A stretch of 32,000 nt of DNA, from assembly GCA_025839675.1 (NCBI GenBank), contig CP104013.1:2160001-2192000 (forward strand), given 5' to 3'. A program made the position numbers and the translations under genes. Each line of letters opens with the position of its first letter. Position 1 is the stretch's first letter. The stretch comes from Candidatus Lokiarchaeum ossiferum (GTDB lineage Archaea; Asgardarchaeota; Lokiarchaeia; Sigyniarchaeales; Promethearchaeaceae). The notes beneath the pieces are model-generated. The model was not told where the DNA came from. It saw only the letters and a program-made list of their open reading frames with translations, and did no database searches. Positions 1-8,420 of the stretch are shown here, one piece after another.

Positions 1-477
1 ATTCAAATCTACAAGATGTAATTCAAGGGCATAATGAAAGGGATGAAAACCGAATTTTTCCAAGGCCCGATCAAAGGGTGCTGAAAGAGTCCCAGTTGTT
101 TCTATTTCTAGACCTTGAATATTTTGGGATTTTCCAAGAGAAATCCCTGCTTCGATGACTTGTTGCGGAAGGCGGGTATCAAAATATTCCGGAAGTATTG
201 CATAAAATAAAAAATGGGATTTAAAAAGTCCAGAGAGATTACTCATAGCAACATATCCAACAAATTTTCCATTATCATCCTCAAATCGTATTACATCACG
301 GGAGAGATCAAATCCTTTTCCAAACCACAAATCCAGAATGTCATCCTTAAATTCGATGTTATAATCCGGGTAGAGGTAGTTTCCCATAGTGTTATGCAAA
401 GTTAATAGATTGGAAAGTGAAATGTCTTTTTCCCATGATTTTTTCTGGAAATGATCATTTGAAGTTTTTTGGATCAT
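1..477 (-). CDS. GNAT-type acetyltransferase paralogue, N-terminal 159 codons (3' end lies beyond window start)
   Basis: Absent from the ORF track because it is open at the window edge. Reverse-strand ATG at 477-475. My translation, MIQKTSNDHFQKKSWEKDISLSNLLTLHNTMGNYLYPDYNIEFKDDILDLWFGKGFDLSRDVIRFEDDNGKFVGYVAMSNLSGLFKSHFLFYAILPEYFDTRLPQQVIEAGISLG..., aligns colinearly with the N-terminal half of the 544..1494 protein (..WFGKDGNISRDVIRFETPEGTLIGYVAITNLSGQLKSHMLFYAILPEYFETSLPQLVIESGISLG..). No stop codon before position 1. Confidence 0.6.
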   Translation of the reverse strand, partial: MIQKTSNDHFQKKSWEKDISLSNLLTLHNTMGNYLYPDYNIEFKDDILDLWFGKGFDLSRDVIRFEDDNGKFVGYVAMSNLSGLFKSHFLFYAILPEYFDTRLPQQVIEAGISLGKSQNIQGLEIETTGTLSAPFDRALEKFGFHPFHYALELHLVDLN

Positions 478-543
478 ATGATAGAAAAAATATATACATG
501 AATTTAAGTACATCGGGGAAATTCATACATTAAATTGTTCCAT

Positions 544-1494
544 TCAAAAAATTTTATAGGTTTTAATTTTCAACGAATCAATCACACAAAATCCAACACG
601 AGTATATAACTTCACGGCATTTTCATTGGAAACATCAGTATTCAATCTGATTTTGACACAGCCTTTCTCTTTGAAATGTTCAATTGCGAGTGAAAGCAAG
701 AAGCTACCAACACCTTGATGTTGATTAGCGGGCAATACGGCAAATCCTGACACAAGACCAACATTTTCCAGGGGATCAAACGAGAGGTTGCAAAAACCGA
801 TGAGGCGATCATCAATAGAAGCTTGCCAGATTGCAAAATCATACTGGTGATTTTGGAAGGTAATAAATTTCCTACAATTTTCAGTAGTCCATTCAATGAA
901 ATCAAAACTATTTTGAAATGCTTGGTTATAAACTTCAACAAATTGCTCATAGTCTACGGGCTCTGAAAGTTTCCGTAAAGTGATGCCTTCTGGAGGGTGA
1001 GAACGTAAAAAATCTTTGAAATCTAATAGTTGCAATTCCAAGGAGGATTTAACGGGATGATATCCCATTTCTTCCAACACTCTATCAAAAGGAGCGGCTC
1101 GAGTGCCATTTGTGGAGATTTTAAGATTTTGTAAATTTAGAGATTCCCCCAAGGATATGCCACTTTCAATAACGAGCTGTGGAAGTGAAGTCTCGAAATA
1201 TTCAGGAAGAATGGCATAGAATAGCATGTGTGATTTTAATTGTCCAGACAAATTTGTAATGGCCACATATCCAATTAAGGTGCCTTCTGGTGTCTCAAAG
1301 CGAATAACATCCCGAGAAATGTTACCGTCTTTTCCAAACCAAACTTTCAGAATGTCTTCATTAAATTCATGATAGTTTTCTGCCATAAGATATTTACCCA
1401 TGGTATTTTGCAAAGTAACTAAATATTTGGGTGAATGGTGCTTTTCCCATGGTTTTTTAAGAAAGAAATTTGGTGCATCATTTGCATTTACCAT
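544..1494 (-). CDS. GNAT-family N-acetyltransferase, two-domain (degenerate N-terminal GNAT-like half plus catalytic C-terminal GNAT)
   Basis: ATG at 1494, 316 aa. The C-terminal half carries the acetyl-CoA motif A (QHQGVGSFLLSLAIEHF, i.e. Q/R-x-x-G-x-G/A) and a NENAVKLYTRVGF segment typical of GNAT motif B. Substrate unknown. Confidence 0.8.
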   Translation of the reverse strand: MVNANDAPNFFLKKPWEKHHSPKYLVTLQNTMGKYLMAENYHEFNEDILKVWFGKDGNISRDVIRFETPEGTLIGYVAITNLSGQLKSHMLFYAILPEYFETSLPQLVIESGISLGESLNLQNLKISTNGTRAAPFDRVLEEMGYHPVKSSLELQLLDFKDFLRSHPPEGITLRKLSEPVDYEQFVEVYNQAFQNSFDFIEWTTENCRKFITFQNHQYDFAIWQASIDDRLIGFCNLSFDPLENVGLVSGFAVLPANQHQGVGSFLLSLAIEHFKEKGCVKIRLNTDVSNENAVKLYTRVGFCVIDSLKIKTYKIF

Positions 1495-1726
1495 ATAATA
1501 TTTTGTAGAAAAAACGACATTTAAGAATTATGAAATTATGCATGCATTCAAAGGATTATGGTCCTTAAAAGAGAAGAAGCAGTATTTTTTATTAAAAATC
1601 GATCTCACGTATTGTTATTTAATGACGACCTTTCCGTTATCTTTTTGGGTATATTGATGGTCTCATTTTTATAGATTAATTCCCAATTGTTAATCAAACA
1701 TTATTTATGTCTTTACTGGGATCATC

Positions 1727-2332
1727 ATGTCTAATAAACCAAACACCCTAGGAATTATCATTGCAAGCGTGTTAATCACCCTTGTAGTTACAGGAACCGG
1801 AATGTATTTCGGTTTACCTCTTCTTTTTCCAAATCTCACCGCCGACTTATCGGAATACGATCAATCGGAAGAAATTGAAAATATAACAACTAAAGGGATT
1901 CTCCTTCAAACCCAATATGCTGAATTTACTCAATATTTATCAATATATGATAGCGATTTAGTTCCCGAGATAATGACCGGTACAAATCTTACTATTACCA
2001 CCCAAGGCAGTTCCAAATTACATGTCATATTTACAGAAAATTTCGTGGCAAGATTTGGTCCGTCTTTTTCTGGAGACGCAATATTTAACGTGACCTTATC
2101 GATCGTGGGCATCCAGAATAAAACATTAAGCATTCTTGAATCAAGAATGAGTGCCACAGGAACCCAAGAACAGCAAAATCGGTTTGCCCAGATTACTCTT
2201 GAAACAGCAACCCTTCCTGCAGCCACATATTCCATTATCATGTATTGGTATTCCACACAGGATCCAACAGGTTCAGCCTATTTATTTACCTATGATTCCC
2301 GTGCCTTATATGCTCAAGAAATTGCAGTATAA
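1727..2332 (+). CDS. hypothetical membrane-anchored (probably extracytoplasmic) protein
   Basis: ATG start, 201 aa. N-terminal hydrophobic anchor LGIIIASVLITLVVTGTGMYFGL. The rest is Thr/Ser-rich with several N-x-S/T sequons. No family recognised. Confidence 0.5.
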   Translation: MSNKPNTLGIIIASVLITLVVTGTGMYFGLPLLFPNLTADLSEYDQSEEIENITTKGILLQTQYAEFTQYLSIYDSDLVPEIMTGTNLTITTQGSSKLHVIFTENFVARFGPSFSGDAIFNVTLSIVGIQNKTLSILESRMSATGTQEQQNRFAQITLETATLPAATYSIIMYWYSTQDPTGSAYLFTYDSRALYAQEIAV

Positions 2333-2344
2333 AAAAGATTGAGA

Positions 2345-2881
2345 CTATATTTGGGATTCGAGTTTTTTTTTATTAATATCTTTTATTTTTCGTTTTCCAA
2401 CGACTCCGCCACTGATAGATAAAGCAGCTCCGATAAAAGGAGTAAACATTCCAATATGTACGTTGTAGATTCTCCAAAAGTTATGAACAGCGTAATTAAT
2501 TCGCAGTGCAAATAAATTCCATCCTATCAACATTGCAATGACGTAGAAAACCGCGATTCCGATTTCAAAAAGTCCCACTATTTTCCATATTTTTTCTGCT
2601 TTGCCTTGGATTGCTTTTCCTGTCGCAACCAACAAGGCAAAAATGATAACTACAATAGAGGATAATAAGATTAATATTGCTGCGATTAAACCAGGAATAA
2701 ATAATTCTGAGGGCAAAATCTCAAACACATCACCCCCTGTAATATGGTGGATCATCCCCCACATCCACAAAGTTTCCCTAAATCCGGTGCTACTATACCA
2801 AACCGGAATAAAAAGACCGATAATTGAAAGAATTCCTCCATTCAGAGGCAATACCCAATATTTGGTTATGCTCAATTTCAT
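2345..2881 (-). CDS. hypothetical polytopic membrane protein
   Basis: ATG start, 178 aa with about five hydrophobic helices and a Lys-rich C-terminal tail. Convergent with the previous gene (12-nt gap). No family recognised. Confidence 0.55.
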   Translation of the reverse strand: MKLSITKYWVLPLNGGILSIIGLFIPVWYSSTGFRETLWMWGMIHHITGGDVFEILPSELFIPGLIAAILILLSSIVVIIFALLVATGKAIQGKAEKIWKIVGLFEIGIAVFYVIAMLIGWNLFALRINYAVHNFWRIYNVHIGMFTPFIGAALSISGGVVGKRKIKDINKKKLESQI

Positions 2882-3242
2882 TTTTTTTTCTCCGAATTTA
2901 GTAGTTTAATTTTTGAGCTTATAAGATTTTTGCCTCCTACCAGTCCAAACCAGCAAGTTATTCATGAAAACCGAAGCTTTTTGTATCAGCAAAATCGAAA
3001 ATCGGAAATGCTAAGAGCCACGATAATCAACAGTTATGTTTTTTGTAATTTCATCTAGGTTATACCTATTGAACATTTTCTAATCTGCATGTAACTATGA
3101 TTGAAAGGAGGTTTTTGGATAGAATGTTTGGCTGGGAAAAATAATGTGGCAAACAGGAACTCTTACCCAAGTATTATTAGTCGCGTTTGGAGGCTTTATC
3201 TATATCATTTTTATAGACAATCTCCCAATGTGTATTTAAACT

Positions 3243-3698
3243 ATGGTCACGCAAAAATGTTACTATCACAACAATTTCTCTGCTGCCGCAATATGTTGTA
3301 AATGTGGAAAACCAGTTTGTGCTGAGTGCCGGAAAGAAAAACGAACTGTTAATTATTACAAATCGAGAAATATAAAAAAAAGTAGAACAACAATAAAAAA
3401 ATATTGTCCAGTTTGTAAATATCAAGAAGACGAAAAAATCCATTGGGGAGCCCTAATTGGATTAAATAGTTTTATGTTATTAATATTATACTTGGGTATT
3501 GTTTCAGTTTCAAATAATATCTTCATTGGCCTCATAATAATCTTGTTGGCAATTTCATTAATTTCTCTTAATATTTACTATTATATTTTTAAGTTAAATG
3601 AAAATCGACAAGAAGCAACTCGAAAGAAACTTAATTTTATGAAAAAAATGGAATTAAGTGAAATCCCATATGAAAAAAACCAATTAAATAAAAAATAG
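3243..3698 (+). CDS. B-box-like zinc-finger membrane protein
   Basis: ATG start, 151 aa. N-terminal C-x2-H-x8-CC-x-C-x4-C-x2-C (CYYHNNFSAAAICCKCGKPVCAEC) plus a later CPVC pair. These are followed by two hydrophobic helices (ALIGLNSFMLLILYLGIVSV, IFIGLIIILLAISLISLNIYYYIF) and a charged tail. Confidence 0.55.
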   Translation: MVTQKCYYHNNFSAAAICCKCGKPVCAECRKEKRTVNYYKSRNIKKSRTTIKKYCPVCKYQEDEKIHWGALIGLNSFMLLILYLGIVSVSNNIFIGLIIILLAISLISLNIYYYIFKLNENRQEATRKKLNFMKKMELSEIPYEKNQLNKK

Positions 3699-3706
3699 AC
3701 TAAAAA

Positions 3707-5419
3707 TTACTCGGAATCCCATTTACCTTGTTCACGTAGATCTTGGGTCTCTTTTTCCGCCATATCATGGAGTATTTTATAATCCATTTTGGCAACTCGA
3801 TTGAGAGGAAGAGTACCTTCATCTAAGATAACTACATGACTGGGACGTTTATAGGCAGCCATTTCCTTGGCAGCAGCATAGATATCTTCTTCAGACACAT
3901 TTACTCCAGGTTTTCGTTCCACATAACAAACCACTCCTTCAGTAAAGACCTCATGTTGAGCCCCAACTATTGCCACAGCACTAATTTTATCCTTAAGTTT
4001 GGACATGAGGAATTCTTCTACTGCCGGAGGAAATACTTGATATCCTTTTGGTTTGATGACAAATTTAGCACGTCCAGCAAAATGCAAGCCTGTTTCCTCA
4101 TAAGTCCCGAGATCTCCCGTATAAATGAAGCCATCTTTAGATAATGTTTTAGCGGTCATCTCAGGATTATTGAGATACCCAGAAAAATTCTGAATCCCAG
4201 TGAAACAAATTTCACCTACTTCACCTGGAGCTTTTTCTGATCCAGCAGTTCCATCAGGATTCATAGGATCACGAATTGAAACCGGATAGAGAGGAGAATC
4301 GAAACCTACACTTGCACAAATTTCCTCAACGGTTCCATCTAAGGGACTATAAGTCACAAATCCTGCAGTTTCTGTCAGACCTAAGCCCGTACCCGCTAAA
4401 GGTGCCATAGATTTGAGTTGCTCTAAGAATTTTGTCGACACCGACTGACCACCATACAACGCAAAGCGTAATGATGAAAGATCATAATCATTATAATTGG
4501 GAAGGCGCCATTCCATAGAAAATAATGCGGGAATTTGGCCAATAGCAGTACACTTATATTTTTGAACGGCTTTCAAAGAATCTTCAGCAGTAAACATATG
4601 TAAAATAACGGCCACCCCTCCACCATAGATTGTTGTCGCGAGCTGTTCAGTCGTACATCCAACATGGCTTGGAGGAAGATTGATGAGCATTCGATCCGAC
4701 TCTTGGAGATCAAAACCCACACTAAGACTAATATTTTGGGCGATGATAGCTTGATGAGAGAGTAAAGCGGGCTTGGGCTTCCCAGTGCTTCCAGTAGTAA
4801 AAATAATCAAACAAGAATCTGTTTTAGCGACTTTCTTCTGAGCTTTTCTTACCTTGCCTAATATCAAGCCCTGTATAACAAATATTTTCTTAATATCAGC
4901 AGCAAAATCTTTGACTAATTGAGCCCCGTCAATAGCTTTTTCACCAGTAAATTGAATCCAATGTTTACAATAGGTAGAGTGTTTCTTCATTAATTCAACC
5001 GCTATGAGACTGAAATCAGTGACAGGGGTTGGTCCAAGGAAGAAATACGCTTTTGGCTTCATTTGAGAAAAGCAATAATCAACTTCACTTACTTTTAATC
5101 GGGGATCCAAGGGGGCAATGATTGCGCCGATACGAAAACAGGCATACATTAAATATATATGTTCTTTCAATAAAACTAATGTTGTTGCAACTACATCCCC
5201 CTTCCCAATTCCCATTGAGAGTAATTTTGCGGCAAATGCTTTACTTTTTGTAGCAAAGTCTTTCCATGTGATTTCTGATTCGGTATTATACTCAATAATT
5301 GAAATGTCCTCCGGCTTTTTTGAAGCCCAATAATCAACCCAATCGAACATACGATCTTTCCCATTTTGCATCTCTGCATATTTTCGCAAAATTTCTGCAT
5401 CCATTTCTTTATTTTTCAT
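3707..5419 (-). CDS. AMP-dependent acyl-CoA synthetase/ligase (class I adenylate-forming enzyme)
   Basis: ANL-superfamily core motifs: IFTTGSTGKPKPA, YGGQ, GLGLTETAG, YTGDLG and a C-terminal PLNRVAKMDYK. The ORF-track start at 5434 is TTG. The first ATG is 5419 (MKNKEMDAE...), with an A/T-rich TATA-like element about 20-30 nt upstream, so I prefer 5419. Confidence 0.9.
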   Translation of the reverse strand: MKNKEMDAEILRKYAEMQNGKDRMFDWVDYWASKKPEDISIIEYNTESEITWKDFATKSKAFAAKLLSMGIGKGDVVATTLVLLKEHIYLMYACFRIGAIIAPLDPRLKVSEVDYCFSQMKPKAYFFLGPTPVTDFSLIAVELMKKHSTYCKHWIQFTGEKAIDGAQLVKDFAADIKKIFVIQGLILGKVRKAQKKVAKTDSCLIIFTTGSTGKPKPALLSHQAIIAQNISLSVGFDLQESDRMLINLPPSHVGCTTEQLATTIYGGGVAVILHMFTAEDSLKAVQKYKCTAIGQIPALFSMEWRLPNYNDYDLSSLRFALYGGQSVSTKFLEQLKSMAPLAGTGLGLTETAGFVTYSPLDGTVEEICASVGFDSPLYPVSIRDPMNPDGTAGSEKAPGEVGEICFTGIQNFSGYLNNPEMTAKTLSKDGFIYTGDLGTYEETGLHFAGRAKFVIKPKGYQVFPPAVEEFLMSKLKDKISAVAIVGAQHEVFTEGVVCYVERKPGVNVSEEDIYAAAKEMAAYKRPSHVVILDEGTLPLNRVAKMDYKILHDMAEKETQDLREQGKWDSE

Positions 5420-5565
5420 GATATTCGTATCCAAAATCTTTATTGAATTTCTATTACTTAATTTTCATATACTTCATTATAAAAAAAAATTCGTTTCCGA
5501 TATTGAGTGTATTGAATAGAAATAGAAAAAAAAACCATTTTCAGATTTTTCTCCATTTAATTCAT

Positions 5566-6135
5566 ATGGATGCTACTTTACAATATGAAAAAAGTTTTAT
5601 ATCGCAAAAATTTTATATTTTTGTGCTACCATTATTTTCAAAAAAAGGTCTATTAAATTCCTTAATTCTTTTTATATTACGACATAAAGGTCCTTCCCAC
5701 GGATATGCTCTTTCACAATGTTTAGAAGAGAAATTTGGGTGGAAAACCAGCCAAACTTCAATTTATAATACTTTGAAAGATATGGAGAGCAACAATCTGG
5801 TTTCATGTGAAGAACAAATTAAAAATGGTCGAAATCAGAAGATATATTCGATTTCTGACACCGGTCTTCAATTTATGAGGAAAACCAAAAACCAACAAAA
5901 ACATGAGTTCAAGAAAACCATCTCAAAATTGTTAGTTTTAACACAACAATACGGAGAAAATGAATTCGATGTCGAATCGAATATGTTGGAAGACCTTATG
6001 CTAAAGTTGCGTCAAATTAATGATCATTCTTTAACTCTAATGAGTAATGCACCAATCGAAACTCAAGAGATCTTATTGGGTACTATTAACTCATTGGAAG
6101 AATTAGCAAATCAAAATGATATCAAATTAAGTTAG
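5566..6135 (+). CDS. PadR-family transcriptional regulator
   Basis: Winged-helix core LILFILRHKGPSHGYALSQCLEEKFGWKTSQTSIYNTLKDMESNNLVSCEEQIKNGRNQKIYSISDTG matches the PadR pattern (HGY..., Y..L..LE..G.., R.K.Y.iT..G). The track ORF starts at 5443, but its first 41 codons are a translation of the A/T-rich divergent promoter region. I prefer the ATG at 5566 (MDATLQ...); the start remains uncertain. Confidence 0.75.
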   Translation: MDATLQYEKSFISQKFYIFVLPLFSKKGLLNSLILFILRHKGPSHGYALSQCLEEKFGWKTSQTSIYNTLKDMESNNLVSCEEQIKNGRNQKIYSISDTGLQFMRKTKNQQKHEFKKTISKLLVLTQQYGENEFDVESNMLEDLMLKLRQINDHSLTLMSNAPIETQEILLGTINSLEELANQNDIKLS

Positions 6136-6179
6136 AAATTTCTTTTCTCTTTTTTTAGACAACAGGTGACGAATAAACA

Positions 6180-8420
6180 ATGAAAAAAATCTTGAAATAC
6201 GCGAAACCCCACATCCCCTTGATATTGGTGGCCATTGTTCTTCTATTTGGACAAGCTAATGCAGATTTAGCATTGCCAGACTATCTTTCCAAAATAGTGA
6301 ACACTGGAATTCAACAAGGAGGTGTGGAGGACCCAGCACCGATCGCCATTAGCAACAGTACAATGGAACGTTGCAAATTATTTATGAATGAAACAGAAAA
6401 GGATCTGGTTCTTAGTAAATATACCGCAATAACAAATATTTCAAACGAGTATGAGGATTATCTTGAAGATTATCCCTTACTGGAAAATGAGTCAGTTTTT
6501 ATTCAAAATAAACTGAAATCCTCAGAATTAGATGAATTAAACCCAATTATGGCGAAAACTATTATGACTGTTTCGATAATTGAGAATTTATTAAACAATG
6601 CGAGCCTCGCAGGTAACATTACTTTTGGATTAGGATTCAATGTTTCTGCAATACCGGAGGGAATGGATGTTTTCACAATCTTGGGTAATTTACCTCAGGC
6701 GAATAGAACAGAAATTGTCGACATGGTCACATCTGAATTTAATGCGATTGGAGAAATGGTTTTATTCCAAGCAGCCATTAATTCTGTTCGTCAAGAATAT
6801 ACTAAATTGGGAATGGATACAGATCAAATTCAAACAAGATATGTTATCATAGCAGGAGTATGGATGTTATTATTAACATTAGCTTCTGTGACATGTACCA
6901 TTTCAGTAGCATTGATAGCATCCAGAACGGCTGCTACTATGGGTAAAGAGATTCGGCATGATTTATTTGAAAGAGTAGAATCATTTGCAAGTGCAGAATT
7001 TGATCAGTTTTCCACTTCTTCCTTAATTACGCGAACAACCAATGATATAACCCAAGTCCAAATGGTCACAGTATTGGTAATCCGAATGGTCTTTTATGCA
7101 CCCATTATGGGAATCGGAGGTGTAATTCGAGCCCAAGGCAAAGCCCCATCACTCTCATGGATCATTGGTTTAGCTGTGTTAGTATTGATATGTGTAATTA
7201 TAACAGTATTTATTATTTCGGTACCGAAATTTAAAATTAATCAAAAATTGATTGATCGACTTAATCTGGTAGCACGGGAAAATCTCTCGGGTATGATGGT
7301 AATTCGTGCATTTAACATGCAGGAGTTTGAAGAAAACCGTTTTGACAAGGCAAATGTAGATTTAACAGCAGTTAGTTTGTTTATCAACCGTGTGATGGTA
7401 GTTTTAATGCCTGTAATGATGCTCGTAATGAATGGATTAGTAATTGCAATTATTTGGCAAGGAGCTCATGAAGTCGCAGATTTTAATATGCAAGTGGGAG
7501 ATATGATGGCTTTCATGCAATACGCAATGCAAATAGTTATGTCCTTCTTAATGCTTACAATGTTATTTATCTTCTTACCTCGATCATCTGTCTCTATTGG
7601 GCGCATTGAAGAAGTTTTGAAAACTAAACCGACAATTATTGACAAAGAAACTCCAGAAGAACTCCCCTCTCCATTAGAAGGAGTTATTGAATTTCGAGAT
7701 GTTTCATTTAAATATCCTGGAGCAGAACAAGAAGTATTGCAAAATATTTCATTTACCGCAAAACCAGGGGAAACTACCGCATTTATCGGATCAACTGGTT
7801 CTGGAAAATCGACCGTTGTGAATTTAATTCCCCGCTTTTATGATGTTACCTCGGGAAAAATTTTAGTGGATCGCAAAAATATTCGGGATGTGGATCAACA
7901 TGCTTTACGTGATAATATCGGGTATGTGCCTCAAAAAAGTCTCCTCTTTTCGGGGACGATTGAATCGAACTTGCGTTATGCTGACGAAAATGCGAGCACA
8001 GAAACAATTCAAATAGCAATTGAAGTTGCTCAAGCAAAAGAATTTGTCTCATCTAAACCCGAGGGAATTGCAAGTACAATTTCACAAGGTGGTTCAAATG
8101 TATCCGGTGGGCAAAAACAGAGATTGTCCATTGCGCGTGCTTTAGTTAAAGGATCTCAAATATTGATCTTAGATGATAGTGTTTCCGCACTGGATTTCAA
8201 AACCGATGCAGCCCTCCGCAGAGCTTTGAAAGAGACAACTAAGAATACCACCCTCCTAATAGTTACTCAACGGATTTCTACAGTGATGAATGCAGAACAG
8301 ATAATTGTAATGGATGAAGGGCGGATTGTTGGAAAAGGAACACATAAAGATCTTCTAAAGACGTGTAGCACATATCAAGAAATTGCGCAATCTCAATTAG
8401 CCTTGGAGGAATTAGCATGA
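6180..8420 (+). CDS. ABC exporter subunit A (fused permease + ATPase), carrying the degenerate nucleotide-binding site
   Basis: AGGTGA Shine-Dalgarno 8-9 nt upstream of the ATG. Walker A GSTGSGKST, signature VSGGQKQR. Walker B is ILILDDSVSALD, with Asp in place of the catalytic Glu. The H-loop position reads LIVTQRIST (Gln, not His). About 185 aa of extracytoplasmic insert lies between TM1 (aa ~11-33) and TM2 (aa ~221-248). Confidence 0.92.
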   Translation: MKKILKYAKPHIPLILVAIVLLFGQANADLALPDYLSKIVNTGIQQGGVEDPAPIAISNSTMERCKLFMNETEKDLVLSKYTAITNISNEYEDYLEDYPLLENESVFIQNKLKSSELDELNPIMAKTIMTVSIIENLLNNASLAGNITFGLGFNVSAIPEGMDVFTILGNLPQANRTEIVDMVTSEFNAIGEMVLFQAAINSVRQEYTKLGMDTDQIQTRYVIIAGVWMLLLTLASVTCTISVALIASRTAATMGKEIRHDLFERVESFASAEFDQFSTSSLITRTTNDITQVQMVTVLVIRMVFYAPIMGIGGVIRAQGKAPSLSWIIGLAVLVLICVIITVFIISVPKFKINQKLIDRLNLVARENLSGMMVIRAFNMQEFEENRFDKANVDLTAVSLFINRVMVVLMPVMMLVMNGLVIAIIWQGAHEVADFNMQVGDMMAFMQYAMQIVMSFLMLTMLFIFLPRSSVSIGRIEEVLKTKPTIIDKETPEELPSPLEGVIEFRDVSFKYPGAEQEVLQNISFTAKPGETTAFIGSTGSGKSTVVNLIPRFYDVTSGKILVDRKNIRDVDQHALRDNIGYVPQKSLLFSGTIESNLRYADENASTETIQIAIEVAQAKEFVSSKPEGIASTISQGGSNVSGGQKQRLSIARALVKGSQILILDDSVSALDFKTDAALRRALKETTKNTTLLIVTQRISTVMNAEQIIVMDEGRIVGKGTHKDLLKTCSTYQEIAQSQLALEELA

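Noticed and set aside
2882-3242. A 360-bp non-coding gap, including track ORF 3101..3301, inspected for tRNA/ncRNA, small ORFs and repeats
   Set aside because: I found no G+C-rich cloverleaf-like segment, no convincing stem-loops and no repeats. The only ATG-initiated peptide is about 16 aa (MKTEAFCISKIENRKC) with no support. A computational scan (tRNAscan-SE, Infernal) would be needed to exclude a ncRNA.
5443-5565. N-terminal 41-codon extension of the PadR ORF (MNFYYLIFIYFIIKKNSF...)
   Set aside because: This stretch translates the A/T-rich divergent promoter region shared with the acyl-CoA synthetase gene. PadR proteins do not carry such hydrophobic leaders. The ATG at 5566 gives a standard-length protein.
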